A stretch of 64,000 bases of DNA from Geosiphon pyriformis uo1. Its lineage: Eukaryota; Fungi; Glomeromycota. The position numbers and the translations under genes were made by a program. Positions within the stretch are counted from its first letter, which is position 1. Every line of letters starts with the position of its first letter. Below the pieces are notes generated by a model, which was not told the DNA's origin, did no database searches, and saw nothing but the letters and a program-made list of their open reading frames with translations. Positions 37,001-52,863 of this stretch are shown one piece after another. Where the stretch lies: NCBI GenBank assembly GCA_016748015.1, contig JAAOMT010000301.1, forward strand, positions 186,001-250,000, read 5' to 3'.

Positions 37001-40000
37001 CCTTTTTTTGGTTTTGCTATATATATCCATACCCTTGTAGTCTTCAATTAATTCTTGCTCCATTGCATGCCAAGTCTCATCATATTCGTTGGAATGCGAA
37101 TTTGAGAGTACAACACGTACAGATGAATCGTTTATTACGGGAATAGGAAGATCCAATGGATTAAATATAGCCTCTTTTCCGGATTTGTTTAAACAATGCT
37201 ATTTATCAAATGAAGATCAAAATATGCTCAAATGAAATTAATCATGCATTTACGGGAACATACCTTGTATATATAGAGAAATTCTCTCAAGTATGCTGTT
37301 TGTTGAGATGTTGGCTGCCGACTTTCGCGTAATAATTTCAAGAAAAAATGTAGAGCGTGATCTAGATCATCCATGTGGAAAGATTGACGCCCAAGAGTAA
37401 AATTAATGTGATCCTCAACCAACAACCATGAACGATTCTCAAAAACATGGGAAGCTGCTAAATAACATCGATAGGCATGTTCACGCTTGAATTTTAATTG
37501 AATGACGAGTAATTAATTTTCGAAATCATATAATTAGAATTTATTATGACAAATTAATTTTACCTGGTTACATTTTCCATATCTGTGACCTGCTAGTATC
37601 AGATGAAATGCATATTTTCGAACTAAAGGTCTAGGACCCCTGAGGAAAGCGTGAGCGGCTTGTTCCAGAAATAGAGCACTTCTGAGATCGGAATCCTATG
37701 AATATTCAGTTATTTTCTCCCGTGGATAATGTGCTATTATTGGGAATGCGGGGGGAGATCAGATAGCATACCTCCCCACTTATCCTAACCAAAGCAGTTG
37801 GTGCATCTTTGTATAAATTTCGGTATTTTAGCATTTCATAATAAAGTATTGTTGCTTTTGTAGCAAAGAAGAGAGCCTTTGCACGATTGCTAAATGCGTT
37901 GACTGCCTGCTCAAAGTAGTGGTCAACGTCTACTTTATTCCCTATAGGCGAAGGGGACAGCAACAAACATAGACCCATCATTTCCTATGAAAGACAAGAA
38001 TAAGTGAAGATGCTCTAAAAAATCATTCAAGAATTTTGATAAATACTTGAGCACCGGCGTAATATTTCCAAGCTTTATCTGCCTGAAAATCTTTCTTCAC
38101 AGTATCATATACTGAATATGCAAAGCGATAATCACGTAACATAAAAGCAAAATCTGCTAATCTGCGCATTTGAGCTTCAGGTGCAGTATGAGGATACCTA
38201 TGAATAAAGATTTTTAAGTACAAAGGGATTGAAATTTAACTATTAATAAATCTTACTAACAAAACATTAAATGAATTTTGGGCCCCATGTTTTTCAACAG
38301 AGGACGCCTGATAGGGTTGTATTTGCCCTGATGATTTGGAGCCAGTGCCAAAATATCGACGACTAGCACTGAAAAGTTTTCCAGTAAATCCACGACGGGA
38401 AGATGCCACCTAGTAATTTAGTAAATATCTCATATTTAAATATTCGATACCTTTAATGCATAAGGGAAAAATGTTTATTCTAAAATTTCCATAACATGAA
38501 GCAAACCTGCTCATTCCAAAGTTGCACGTTTCTTTCCATATAGGGAACTATACTTTGTACAACTAATTCACGAAGAAAAACCTGTATTCCCTGGAAATCT
38601 TCCTCGCTAAGATATTGGCCATAGAGAACGACAGGAGGTGGTAAATCACCGACAAGCCCAAATCCCATACTATTCTGTGATTCAAAAACGAGATTTTCCC
38701 TGTCTTTACCGAACTGTATATCCTCGTTATATGACGAGGTTGGTGAATCTAAAGTGGAAGCGGTAGGAGATAGCGGCAAGGAATAGGTTTCATTTGATGG
38801 AACAGTATTATGTCGATGGCGTGACTCTAGATTAGAAGGTGATACGGATGATGATATAAGGGACTGGAGAAGATTGGATTCATTTATACTAGATGTCCAA
38901 ATATCTGGATTGGTGCTGCGAATTAGAACAGCGCTCGATGAAACAGAAAACGGATCATCATTGTCTAAGGGGGTGGTTGGCAGAATAGAATTAAGTTTGA
39001 TTAAATGACAATGAAGCCCAAATGTTCTTTTCGTTTTTTCATAGACTGCCTTTGAGCTAAGGATTAATTGAGAGTAAAACATTAATAAAAGAAGGATCAG
39101 ACGAAGAGGGTTGTCAGAATATTAAGAAAAAGCTCAAGACTTACTGTTCCAGGCTTACTTTGTGATCATCATGTAAAAGCACATAATATTTTAATATATT
39201 TGGATCCATAAAACCCTTTTCATATATAGGTGCAGGCGTGTTGGCATTGAAAAGTTGATTTAGGGTATTAATTGGATCTGGATTTGAAGTACTTATGGCA
39301 ATTATACCTGGAAGTATTCCAAGTTAAGTATATATAAATTTAATCACATTTGAATGAATTAAATGAAAATTAAAGGATACATGCGACCGGATGTTCAAAG
39401 GATTCGTGCTCAGAAACACCGTTTAATGTGAAAAAAAGGCGGCAATATTCGGCATACCAAGGAGTTATTTCGTATTTAATTGCTAGGGAAATAAATTAGA
39501 AAATTTTAGATGAAGATTTAAACTTGGTGACTAGCCTAATTTGTTTAGTTCAAAAATACCTTTCAAGTACCTTTCTGTTACATCAGTCTTTGAGGCAATA
39601 GGTTGATGGTCATTTAATAAATTTGTATCCTTAGCGTATTGTTTAACTTTGTCCGCGAGTAATTTGGAAGTCAGTTGTGTATTGGGTTGTTCTAAGTGAG
39701 CGAGATCCGCGAAACGCACAGCGAAACCTTCAATTGGGTTAGGTAGATTTTGCGAATCACGTACGGTTACTATTCCAAAAATGTTTAACCAAGGGAATCG
39801 TTAGCATTTTAATATTATTGTTGGGACGATAACCTTGAGGTTATACTTGAGTGTGTCTGCAAGGCAATCGTCCATTTATGTTAACTTCCAAAGTTTAAAA
39901 AACAATATGAATGAAATTAAAACGATCTTCGCGGGCCAGTGAGGTGTAAAAAAGATGCTCGGTAATTAATTTGGGGGAATTTTTGCGAGCCAGAATCACC

Positions 40001-40199
40001 AACCTTTTCCTTCAATTCGCTCGCCAAAAGGTTTTATCAAATCGAGAAAGGTTGGAAAATTACTGGTTCGACAGACTGCGTCAGCATCTGCAGAAGACAC
40101 TACGGCAACCCTTGGACTCAAAACCCTTGTCACAAAATCCTTTGGAGTTTGGGAGCTCTCCGAAAAAAGTAAACTTTTTTCGGTCCAGAGTCGAGACAT
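34064..40199 (-). CDS. TRS85: TRAPP III-specific subunit Trs85/TRAPPC8, roughly 20 exons (first exon 40199-40004, last ends at TGA 34064)
   Basis: SPRVAVVSSADADAVC..FLDLIKPFG, HESFEHPVA, FLRELVVQSIVPYMER, EAQMRRLADFAFMLRDY..Y..VKKDFQADKAWKYYAGAQ, PGIYDLNRW. Not every internal splice site was checked. Confidence 0.92.
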
Positions 40200-41199
40200 G
40201 TTCCTCGAACCCTTGCACAGTTAAAATGAATTGACTGAAATATATATACAGATTAATAGTTTTATTGGCTAACCCCCTCAAAAATTGATGAAGTAGAGAA
40301 TTGGTTATTAACGGTAATTTTTTACTAATAAGTGTTTTATAAATTTTCTTAATTATTTTTAATATTAAATTTTTATTTTGAAAATGTGTGTTATTATAAT
40401 TACATATTTTCATTAATATATTGTATTTTTTGAATTTAAGATTATTTTTATTTTTTTATTTATTTTTTTATTATGCTTTCAACGTCTCACAACCACTAAA
40501 CTATTTTAGCTTAGACAGAGAAAACAAACTTTGTGCTTCTATATTGTTAATACAACTTAAATAATCAATATTTACTTAATAGTTTTTTTACTTGTCATAA
40601 TTCTTACATATTAATCACTTTAAAAAACCACCAAATTGTCAAAAATCTTATTATTAACTGTTATATAATCATACATTATTATCATATAACAATATAGTAC
40701 CAAATTTATTTTTAAATTCAAGAATATTCTTAAATATACTAGATACTATTTTATTAAGATTCTTTAATTTAAGCTTTTGAAATTTTATAATTAAATTTCT
40801 AAAGAAACCAACTTAAAATTAATAGCAATATTAAAAGCAATATATTAATATAATATAATAAAAACAATATTTTTAATATAAAAAAATCAATTTACAAAAA
40901 TTTTAAATGTAACAAAATATTTTAAAAAAAGTTTTAATGAATTAAAAAAAACATATTTATAATTAACAGCCAAGTAATTTAAACTTTAATACTTATAGCA
41001 ATATTAATATTTAAGAATTTTTTATCAAATATATTATTTTTATAAGAATATTATTAAAAGTATTTTTAAATTTAAAAATAATAATAGTATTATAAAAGGC
41101 TTTTTAAGTAGATTTTAATTTATTATACTATTAAATTTAATTAATTTGAAAATTTTTAAGATTTTTATAATATAAGTTTTTTGTATATAAAAAACAAGA

Positions 41200-42917
41200 A
41201 AAATTTTTTTTTTCTTTTATATTTAAAAATTTTTCAAAGAACATATTTTTTGAAAAAGTTTTTTGTTTTTTTGTTTTATATTTCACAATTTTCCAAGAAA
41301 CAAACTTTTTTGTTGTTAAGTTGGTTATCACTATAAGTAGTTTTGTAGTTAAAAAAAAACCAGCCAGAGTTGTAACTTTAGATTCAGTTAGTAAAAACTT
41401 GACTTAAAAGCAAAAAGCTTTCTTTGACAAAGTAAAATATTTAAGTAATAAAACAGATTTAAATTTTGGTAGTTTAAAGCATGTTATTGGTTAGTTTACT
41501 AAAATAAATACAAATAAAAATGCTTTTGAAGTGGTTTTTCTGAATAAAAATACTAGTTATAAAACAAATAGTAAAAATAAAAATCAATTTAATTCTAAAA
41601 CAAATACTCTTAAAACCAAACAAATTAACACTAATATTACTTTTAATTCTTTGATTGGTTTTTCTAACTATAACATAGATAATAATAAAATTTTTTTCTT
41701 TTTTTGTTTATCTATCTTTCTAAACAAAAAATGAATTAATTCCAAAATAACCAAAACTTAAGTAAAAATACTTGTTAAAAAGTCTTTTGCTTTGAATATT
41801 AATTTTTTAGCAGTTAAAAACAAATCTCTAATAGCAAAGACTTAATATATCAAAAAAATTTTTCATTAATTAATGGTTTTGGGAGGTCATTGCTTTCTTA
41901 AAATTTGAAAAAATCATCAAATTAATGTTTATTTCAGAAAAAAACATGAAAAAAGCTGTATTATTGGCTAAAAAAAAAGAAATTATTATAAACAATAATC
42001 TTAAAAAACAAAAAATGCATTTTGATTGAACTGTAATAATTAAAAAAATTCTTATAAATATGCCAAAAAAAATGATCATTACAGTTTTCTTTGAATTTGG
42101 TCAAATAGTATTAATTTAATTACAATTAATTAAACTGTAATAAAAAACTATAGTAAAATTCATTAAATCAAGTCAAAAAAATTTATTGGTGATAAAATAA
42201 TTATTATTAATTGAAAAAAATTCAGTATCTGTAGTAAAAACTATGTAAAATTGAGATGTTTAGATGTTTAAAGATTATTTTAGAGCACTTTTATTTACTT
42301 TGTCTATGAAAATAGCTGCTTATAATTTGGGCACTTTATTAAAAAAAGTTAATAAAAAACTTGTATTATTAATTAATCATTTGAAAATAACAATAGAGTT
42401 TGTTATGCTGTAATTAAATTTAAGACAGAGAATAATCTAAAATCTGTCTTTTACATAAAACCAATTTTGAGTAATATAACTTTTTTTTGGACTAGATTGG
42501 ATTTGGTTAAATATAAAAAATATAAATGCTTTAAACATTCTGTTTTAAAGTGTAATAACTTTAGTGTTTTTATCTTTTTATTTTTGAAAGTACTTAAAAA
42601 GTTTGTCTCAAGTGAAAATTGTTTTTAGCTGGCCAAATTATATGCCAAAAAAACATTTTTATCTCTTATTTGACTGTTTTTGATAGTAAATTATGAGTTT
42701 AAATGGTTTTATTGGTTTTTATATCTAATAATATGTACTTTAGTTCAAATTTCAGATCTTTTTTTTCTGGTGTTCTATATTTTAATAAAAAAAATAAAAA
42801 TGAAGTTTTTTCTGTTTTGCTAAATAATTCTTTTATGCATATTTATTTGGTCTTTTTAGTATATTCTTTAAAACTGTTAATTAATTAAGTATTTGGTATT
42901 ATGTACAAACTAAATAG
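41200..42917 (+). mobile_element. LINE copy 4 (heavily decayed), 5' part with ORF1; start approximate
   Basis: 41700-42660 is collinear with 11231-12200 of copy 2, mostly through C>T/G>A changes. Confidence 0.85.
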
Positions 42918-43799
42918 TATTACTTATAAAAAAAAAATACAAAAAAGAAGTAAGAAAAACAAATAATAAAAATAGACCAATAAAAAAATAGTATTTAATA
43001 ATAAGCATATTGTCAGAAAATCCTAATATATTGCTTAATAATAAACACATTGTTAAAAAATTATGATATATTGTTTAGCAATAAGCATATTGTTAAAAAA
43101 ATTATAGCATATTGCTTAAAAATATGTAAAATTTTATACAACAAGAATTATATATATATAGCAAAAGTATTAGAAACAAAAAAAGCAGATTAATTCAAAT
43201 CAACAATACTTTTTTCTTTAAAAAATAGTTTTCTAAAACTTGAAGTAAAATCATACCAATATTAATAAAACTTATTTATTATTATTTAATCTATATTATT
43301 ATTACTTGATTAAAAAATATTAATTAATTCTATACTATCAATACTTTATGTTAATAAAAACCAATACTTAATTACACTAGACCAATAGCTTTTAATTATG
43401 GCTATTAACAAGATACTAATTACTTATTTTCTTTTTTTATTTTCTTTTATTTTTTTTTATTTTTTTTATTTTGTTTTCTTTGTTGTTTACTAATTAATTA
43501 AAAAGATTAAATATTGAGTAATTAATGTTAAAAATAGCCTAATAAAAGACCTGAAAACAAGAATAAAAAACTTAAGAATAGCTTACCAAAAAAGCACAAC
43601 TGTCAAAATAAATTAGCTACCATACTAAAAAAAAAATTCACAGAAGAAATTATTAATTAAATCTCTGTTTATTATACAAAAGACTTAACCAAAACTTTTA
43701 AACTTCAAAATTTTTAGAAACCACTATTATTAACAGCTATTGAGCATTAAATTATAGATTTGTTATTTGTTTCAACACCTTAAATAATCATTCATAATA
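42918..43799 (+). repeat. Gypsy C 5' LTR; U3 with ~33-bp tandem repeats
   Basis: Direct repeat of 52864-53716; repeated aataagcatattg(t/c)..aaaa units at ~43000-43120. Confidence 0.9.
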
Positions 43800-44280
43800 T
43801 TTGATGCTTTTTGTAAGATATAATCTAACAAAAAATTAGCACTAATAGCTATTATCTAAAACAGTAGCAGAATTAAAAATAATAAGAACAAACCATTTAA
43901 GATTTACAAAAACTTTATTCCAATACTATTAAACTTATTTCAAATTAACAAGTAACTATTGGCCAACAGAATCAGCTTTTAACTTTTACATCAACAAAAA
44001 AATTAAATCTTACTTGAAAAACCAAAGAGATTTAAAAACCACTCTTAAAAATTTTTACAGTAAATTACTCCAAAGCACTATGCTTCCACAAAATTATTTG
44101 TTCATCTCACTAATTACAGAGATAAATCAAGAAATTAAGAATTATATTTAGCAAAAATTTCTTATTATCTTTACAAATAAAAATAAAAGAAAGTTACAAA
44201 TTTTAACAAAAATACCAAAAAAAATACAACCATCTATTTGGAAGAAACCAAAAGTTATTATACTTATTCATCTGTTATAT

Positions 44281-44910
44281 TGTTATGGGTTAAAGTAACA
44301 AGCTAACAGATAGCAAGAAAAAACAGAATTGTAAGTGATGAAAATAATCAATGGGAATTCAACTTCAAAAAGCGAATTGAATGAGTATGGATTCAATGTG
44401 TAAGATCAGTCTTATAAAATATCTCAGTTGCTATACTTTTCAAAGATAACTGGGGAATCTGAAGGTAGAGGGATAGTCCATATTGTCAACAAATGATCAT
44501 ACTTGATATAATTCTATGCTTTACATTGGCACTCTTAGAATTCAATATCAAGTATTAGATGTGCTCTTCAGTCACATTTTATTTAATAATCTCTAAATGT
44601 TGCAATTACATGTTTCAGGAAAAGGGTAAAAAATAACCAACAAGTAATTTTTTATCTTTAAAATGTTCAGATACTTGAAAGTAAGAAAAAGAAAATTAGT
44701 GATAAGAAAAAGATTGAGATGAAAGTTGTTATTTTATTTATTTGATTTCCTTAATTTTTTCATGCTTTTCTATAATTAAGAGATTCATCGCTTATATAGC
44801 TATCAAAAGTGGTCAATGATCACTTACTAAAAATAGAGTGGCTAATTTATATAACATCAATGGCTAATACATGTAATAATTAATAAGAAGTATAAGTTTC
44901 AACCATAACA
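44281..44910 (-). mobile_element. Solo LTR of an unrelated family (630 bp) inside Gypsy C gag; TSD ATAT
   Basis: TGTTATGG...CCATAACA termini; ATAT at 44277-44280 and 44911-44914; TATA-like and AATAAA motifs on the minus strand; visibly less AT-decayed than its host. Confidence 0.8.
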
Positions 44911-47900
44911 ATATTATTATATACCAGAAAGTACTATCCACATATTATCTGAATCTGTATTACTGTTAATTACAAAAACACTATTATCTAAAGTATTATT
45001 TCAAAATAATAAAAAAAAAAGCCAAATTATTATGAACTTATGGCAATTTTTTTAAAGAATTTAAATTATGATCAACAACACTATCAGAACTTTAATTACT
45101 GTTATCTCAACTAAATTTCAAATCTATCAGTAATTAAGTAGATGCTAATCCAAAAAAAGAAAAAAATAATAATCAAAATTTAATCTCAAATAATTTAGAA
45201 ATCCAAACTTTGATTGTTCAAACCCAGCCAAATCTAAACAATCTAAATCCAGCTTCTATTTTTTCAGAAAACTTACTTTTAATTATTCCGATTAATCTAC
45301 CACTAATATTACCAATTGCTGCTTAATAATAATAATAATAATAATAACAACTTGTATAAATGGCCTATGTACCAATTGCTAAGCTTGAAAAATTCACTGG
45401 TAAAAAAGACAATGTCCAAACATGGCTAAATAATATGATAAAGCCATTGCAGCCAATAAATAAAATGATGCCAAAGCATTTTAAGCCATCTTATATTTTC
45501 TTTAAAATACTGTTAATTTATGATATCAAAGCCTAGTTAACAAGTCACAAACTTTTAACATATTTTAAACCACATTTCTACAATATTTTAGTAATCACAA
45601 CAGCATCAATTAGTTATTAACTAGTTTTACCATCATTAAATAAAATAATATTAAAACAGTCATTATATATTTGGAATATTTTCATTGAAATTTGCACCAA
45701 ATTCAGACAATTGAAGCTAACTACTTTACAGTATTACAGATTCTAAACCAATTTATTTACAGTTTATATAGTAGTTTGCTACAACAAATATGTTTAATAC
45801 ATTCAAATACTCTCCAAAATATAGTTACTTATACCAAAAATTTTGAATCAGTTAAATTTAAAGCCAACTATGCCCAAATTATAAATCTAGTTATGAATGA
45901 ATCATCTGAATTAGATTCTAAACTAAAACAATTTAATAATTTAATCAACCAAAAATTAGAAGAATACTTAGTTAACAATTAAGCAATCTATTAATTTTCT
46001 TAATGTTGTAACAATTTAGAAAGTTCTAATTACTTTTAACAACAGTCATGTTTATTATTATTATTAATTAATTCATTATAATAACAAAAAATGTGTAATT
46101 GCTATTACTATAGTAAGCAAAATCATTTAAAAGCAAATTGCTGCTTTAGATCTAATAATTCATGATCAAAAAACCAATATAAAAACTCTAATTACAGATT
46201 TCAAACTCAGAACTATGCCAATAATTTGTTATTAGAGCAATACTAATTACATTACACACCAATAACACAACAACCAATATATGCATTTCCAATTTATTCA
46301 ATTCCAACACTAGTAATTTATTAAGTTTTACAGTTACAAATAATTTATTAATCTTAATAAATTCAAGTGCTGTTTTAAAATACTGTGCCAACATCAAATG
46401 AAATTTAAAGACCAAGAATCATCTATACTTAACAAAATTGGAGATTGGTAATGATTATGTATTAACCAATCTCTATTTTATTAAACTAGCCATCAAAATT
46501 ACATCTAAGAAATTCAAGAAATGAATATACTTAAAATCCAATTCCTATAATTATTTGTTTTTTAGTAACTCCAAAAATAGTAATATCCAAACTACTAGAA
46601 ACCAACTTAATATTACTTACTAACAACATTTTATCAACAATGATTATAAAAAACAAATTATTTGCAGCTATCTTTCCTTTTAAATTAAAAGAATTAACAA
46701 CAATACTTCTATTTAGTAAAGTCACTTTTAAGATTAAACTTATTATAGCCATATATACAAATGTTAAAATTAATAGCCAATCTATCAAACTAATTCTTGA
46801 TAGCAAATTAGCAAGCAGTATTATTACACAATAACTTATAAACCAATTAGATTGTCAAGTTGATTGTATTATTAGTGTCAAAATTATTACAGCTAATAAA
46901 GCAACTAAGACTCTTATTGGTAAAATTAACAACTTTTTTTTTAAAGTCAATAGTATCATCACACTTATCAAAGTTCTTATTATGGAAGCCACACAATACC
47001 AAACTCTTATTGATAATAACTGTCTGTCCAAGACTAATCCTATGCTCAATTAGAATACACAGAAGTTACAACTCAGTTAAGATAATTAGCATATCTGAAT
47101 ATTAGCTATTTGTGGTTACTTTAAAACAATCCAATTATAGTTACTAATAAAATTCGAGAAAAAAATAAACAAATCTACTTAAAAAGCCTATCAAGTCTTG
47201 TGAGCAAAAAACAAATACAATAAACTATTACTAATACTTTTTTGGAATGACAAAAAAAGGAAAAAAAGAGAATAAATCTTAAGTCACTGCCATTAAAGAT
47301 ATAGTTAGCAGTTGACATAGACTTTATTTGACCCCAGAACCAAGAAAACAACCACCCTATATACTATTCAAATACAAAGACTATAGAAAAAAGCTTTCAT
47401 TTATAAAAGCTTAAATATTGTCTGAAAAAAACTATAAAATATATACTTGCTACTATTGCAAAGTGCATTACAAATAATGCTTTGGTTACCCAAAATGACA
47501 AAAAAAGTAGAACAACAAACTATGTCTTACTTGTGAAGAAATACTACTTGACAAAAAAATATGGAATGACATTTTTAGTTATAGAGAAACATATAATGTA
47601 TTGTGTTAATATATAATTTTTATTAATGACTGGATAAGCAGAAAAACGTCTTTTAATACCACATAAAACAGAGTTTTATTATGTTTAGACAGTTATTCAT
47701 ATGATAAAAATGAGATCTAGTGAATGACAAATGCTAAAATTAAAAGTACTTCATTTAATAAAATATTTATTATTAAAAACAACTTACTAAAACTTATTAA
47801 AACTATTTTTATTCCAAATTCAAATATTTTTGTTGACATTTTAAGCAATCTAGAACAATTTTATAAACACTACTAAGATTTAGCACTCACTTAAGAAAAA

Positions 47901-50410
47901 TAAAAGTAGTATTTAGAATAATTAAACACTTAACTTTGTAAATATTGCCTAATTTTTAACAATTTTGAATATTGTAATGATTGTAATCTTATTTACAATC
48001 TATTATTATGTATAATTTATTCAATCTCTAAAAAAGAAAAACCAATTAGCAGTTGCATTTCAGAATCAAAATAAAATTTAATTCCAATTTAGACTCTGAC
48101 AATAATAACAACAATAGTTTTAACTTTATTTATAATAGCAACAACAGTAATAATAATTCAAATTTTGATTACAATCTTGAATAATATATTGTGCTTCCAA
48201 ATCTTTCAAAGAAACAGAAACTCAAATGGTTCAACAATAATAATGAGAGTATTATACCAGAACATATACATGATACTAATACAAAGTTTAATCTTAGATA
48301 TCTGGAAAAAATTACTATCAAATTGGAATCTCAATTGTTTACCAGCATAGATTTAAAAATAGTACTAGAAAATCTAGCAACAATAATAATCTAATTAATA
48401 TCTAAATCTAGTTTAACAAAAAAGATAATTAATATTAGAAAAAGAATAATTAATACAGGATCTGTAGAAAATATTATTGCAATACTACAAAATAAATCAA
48501 AAAAGACATATACTATCAAACCAAATAAAAAAATAGCATAAACAATATTCTATTTTTGATAAAAATAGCTTAGTTAATGTTAGTGAAAATAAGAAAAAAA
48601 TTAAGAATTACAGTTAAAAAGATAAATAAAATTGAATTCATAAATAGAATAGAAATACTAGTTAATATGATAGAAAAAAAACAATTAATCAGAAAGAAAT
48701 TATTTTCACCAATTAATTAATTTTTATTCTATTATATAACCAGTATATATTAGTTATAAAGAGGAAAATGAGAGATTAATTCCAGATTTTTAAAGTAAAA
48801 TTTACTATTTGTAAATCAGAAAAAATTGCCATTACTAATCTTTATATACCAGCCAAAAATCATAAACACATTAAAATTCTAATATACAATATAACTGGAG
48901 ACCCAATTAAAATACTAAGCAGAACTATTATTAGATACTTAAACATTAAAGTTAAGAATCAAGCACTAATTACCATTTCAGATTTTTTACAACTTTGTAA
49001 ATATGTAAATATTACATTACAAATAATTTACAGATGAAAAAAATATTATTTGCTACAATCAAAACACTTAGAGTAAATAAACTTGGAAAACTTAGACTTA
49101 CTTCAACATATACAACTCAAGCTATTATTTAACAATTTCATTAATATCTTTGCAAATAAAAATGAATTTGGCAGAACTAATATTATTCAGTATCAGATTA
49201 AAACTAAAGATGTAATACCAATAAAACAAAGAGCATATCAAATATTATCTGTTAGCCATAAGATTATTTGTTAAGAAATCAACTAAATGTTAAACAATAG
49301 ATTAATTTAATCATTAATAAGTTCATGGTTATTATTAATAATATTTATTTGGAAGAAAAATAGAAAGATCTGCTTTTGTGTGGATTATAGAAAACTTAAC
49401 AATATTATTTATAGAGATAGCTATTTAATTCCATGGATTCAAAAACTATTTAATACTTTTGAAGAAAAAAAATAGTTCTTCATATTAAACTTAGATAATA
49501 ATTACTGGCAAGTAATCATGAATTTAATTAACAAAAAGAAGACAGCATTTATTACAAAAGAAAAAAACTTTAAATTTAATGTTATATCTTTTGGCTTAAC
49601 CAATACTCCAGCCATTTTTTAATAACTAATAAAAATTGTATATATTGAATTATTATGAAAATTGGCAGTAGTCTATTTAAATAACATTAATGTATTTTCT
49701 AAAACATTTAATAATCACTTTTATTATTTCCAATAAGTGTTTGAAAAGCTAAAAAAAGCAGAGCTAAAGTTGAATGCTACTAAGTGTTTCTTTGAGAAAA
49801 CTGAGCTTAAGTTTTTGAAACATATTATAAGCAAAGAAGACATTAAAACAGACTCAGACAAAATTAAAATAGTTAAGAGCTTTTTAGTATCAACAAATTT
49901 AACAAAGCTAAGAGCATTCTTGAGATTTGTTGAATACTATTGCTATTTTATCCAAAACTTCTTTAAACTGGCTCAATCACTCTACTAATTTCAAATAAAA
50001 AACATTAAATATAAATAGACTGAAAACCAACAAAAAGTTTTTGATATACTATAAAAAAAACTTATTCAAGCTTTAATATTGATCTATTTAGATTATAGCA
50101 AACTATTTATTATTACTACTAACATATCAAGCCAAGTATTAGAAGCAGTATTATTACAAAAAAAAACCAAATGAACAAAAACATTCAATAGTATATATTA
50201 GTCAAAGTTTAAATTCAGCTAAAAAGAACTATGAAATTTTAGCACTAAAACATTTAGCTATTTATTGGGTTGTTATAAAATAAAAAAATACTTGAGTCAG
50301 AAGTTTAAAATATATACTAATTACAAAGGATTAACATTAATTCAGAAACAAAAATTTGGAAATAATTGTCATATAAGATAAAAAATAAAACTTTCATTAT
50401 TTAATTATAT

Positions 50411-50663
50411 ATTTTTTATTTATTTATTTAATAAGTAAAATCCAAATGTGGTCTAATATTATACACCACATCAATGATCTAAACTAAGTGCGAATTATGC
50501 ATTTGTTGCACGTGATTAGCCACTCAGGCCAATCAAGACAATACTAGACACCTATAAGAACAGAGACCATGTCTTCAATACCTAAGAAAAACAGACAAAA
50601 CTTACAAAAACCAAAACTAATGCCAAATGCATTGGCAACACCTAATAACCTAACCACACCAGC
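50411..50663 (-). mobile_element. 253-bp 5'-truncated LINE insertion in Gypsy C RNase H region; ~10-bp TSD TTAATTATAT
   Basis: Minus strand reads AGVVRLLGVANAFGISFGFCKFCLFF..IGV*, then the shared 3' UTR and a (TAAA)n/A tail. TSD at 50401-50410 and 50664-50673. Confidence 0.9.
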
Positions 50664-52863
50664 TTAATTATATTATACACTATAAAAAATAAAAAAAAAT
50701 AAAAATGCTAATAACTTATCATAAATAAAACAAATTTAAAACTATTTTAACCCAAAAATATAACAAAAAATAAATACACAAAAATACTAACAACTCTAAT
50801 ATTATATTAATACTCAACAATTCAAGAAAAAATTTCTCTTAAAAAAAACAAAACCACATAAAACAACAATCAAAATATTTTATCACTTACTAAAACATAT
50901 TATATTAAAAAAACAAAAAAAATTCAGATTAACTACTTAGAATAATTATGAAGCCAAAAAAAGAAACAATACTATTTAATATGTACTTAAATCTAACAAT
51001 AGAACATTTTCATAAAGAAGCAATTATAGAAAAAATTAAGAAAAAATATTATTGACCAACAATATATCCAAATATTATCCAATATGTTTAAAGTTGTAAT
51101 GCTTGTTAAAAAAGAGAAGAAACAAAATTCAGTAAATTATTAAAATTAATTAAAGTAGAATAATCATTTAATTGAATTAGAATTAAATTAATTACATTAT
51201 TGACAATAACTAGTAAAGACAACTAATATATAGTAATAGCTATAAACTATCTCACAAAATAGCCAAAAGCTAAAGCAATTCAAAAAGCAAATACAAAATT
51301 TATAGCTGAATTCATATATTAAAATTTGATTTGTTGATATGAATATTCAAAAAAATTATTACTAAACCAAAAAACTTACTTTGTAAACAGAACATTAACA
51401 AAATTAAGTCAAAAATTTGGAATCAAAAGACTATTATTATCACCATATTATTTATAGACTAATAGCTTAGTTAAAAGTTTTAATAAAATATTATGTAAAG
51501 TAATAACCAAGATCAAATAAAAAAACCAAAACAAATAAAATTTGTTTATACCATTAATATTATTTGCTTATTAGACAATGAAGCAAAATACTACACAAAC
51601 AACACTATTTGAACTAGTCTATAATAGAACAGTAATATTATCAATTAAGATAGAAATCAATACATATTTAGTTAAACCAATAACAAAAGCCAACTTTCAA
51701 AAAACATTGTTAAAAAGAACATATAACTTAATAGAAACTTTAGGAAAAAAAAAGACAAAAAGCAGTTAATAACATATAAAAGTCACAAAAAAAACCAAAA
51801 AAATAACATATTAACTAGTTACCAGATAAACCAGCTGAATTTAAAATTAAAAACAAAATACTTTTATATTGTATTAAAACAAAAAAACAATAAAATAGAA
51901 AATTTGACCCCAAATAGGATAGTTTATTTTACATTAAAAAAATTCTAAGAAATAGAACATATAAATTAAGATAGAACAATAAAATTTTAGCTAAAGCAGT
52001 ACATAATAATTAATTAAAATTATATTACAATATAACATCATTCTTAACCAGTAATATTTTACAATTGAAAATACAATAAATACTAGTTTAACCAAATGAG
52101 ATTTCACAAAATCTGGAACTAATCATAATTATTAACACAAACATATCAAATTAATTTATCAAAACAGTATATAAAGACATAATATATGTAACAAAAGCAA
52201 TAGTAAAAAATAGAAATCTCAAATTATATCTACATAATAGCACAATAATTGTTTTAAGCCATAAATCAACAACAATTAGACATGAAAATTATTATCAATC
52301 ATAAAAACAATTTGTTATAAAAACACAAAAGGAGAAAAAAAAACAAAGATTATTCCATATTAATAACCACAAAATCAAACAAAATACTGGTCAGATAAAA
52401 TTATAAAAAAAATAAAGAACACTTTTAGAAAAATACTAATAATTATTCTAACAGAAAAATTAACAAAAAAGAATTAAAAGCTATAAAAAGAACAACTTTT
52501 AATATTATACTGTTATTATTAATTAAAACAAAAGCTGAATATTTAGAAATTATATATTAATAAATTCAAAAAAATATTCAATTAAGAAATAATACAACAA
52601 ATTAAAAACTTTATCAGAAAAAAAATAATTCTATATTATATATTAAAATAATTTACTAATTACATATCATATTTTAAAATTATTCAGAAATATTACCACA
52701 TACAAAAATAAAAACAATAATTATTAACTAGTAAGAAAAAATAAACAACTCTCAATTTAAAAACATAAAAATCAAAATTAAACAAACAGTATTGGAAAAA
52801 GAAATAATAAATTTAATTCAAAATAAGAATTTTGATGAGATTTAATATTAAAAAAGAAGATAA

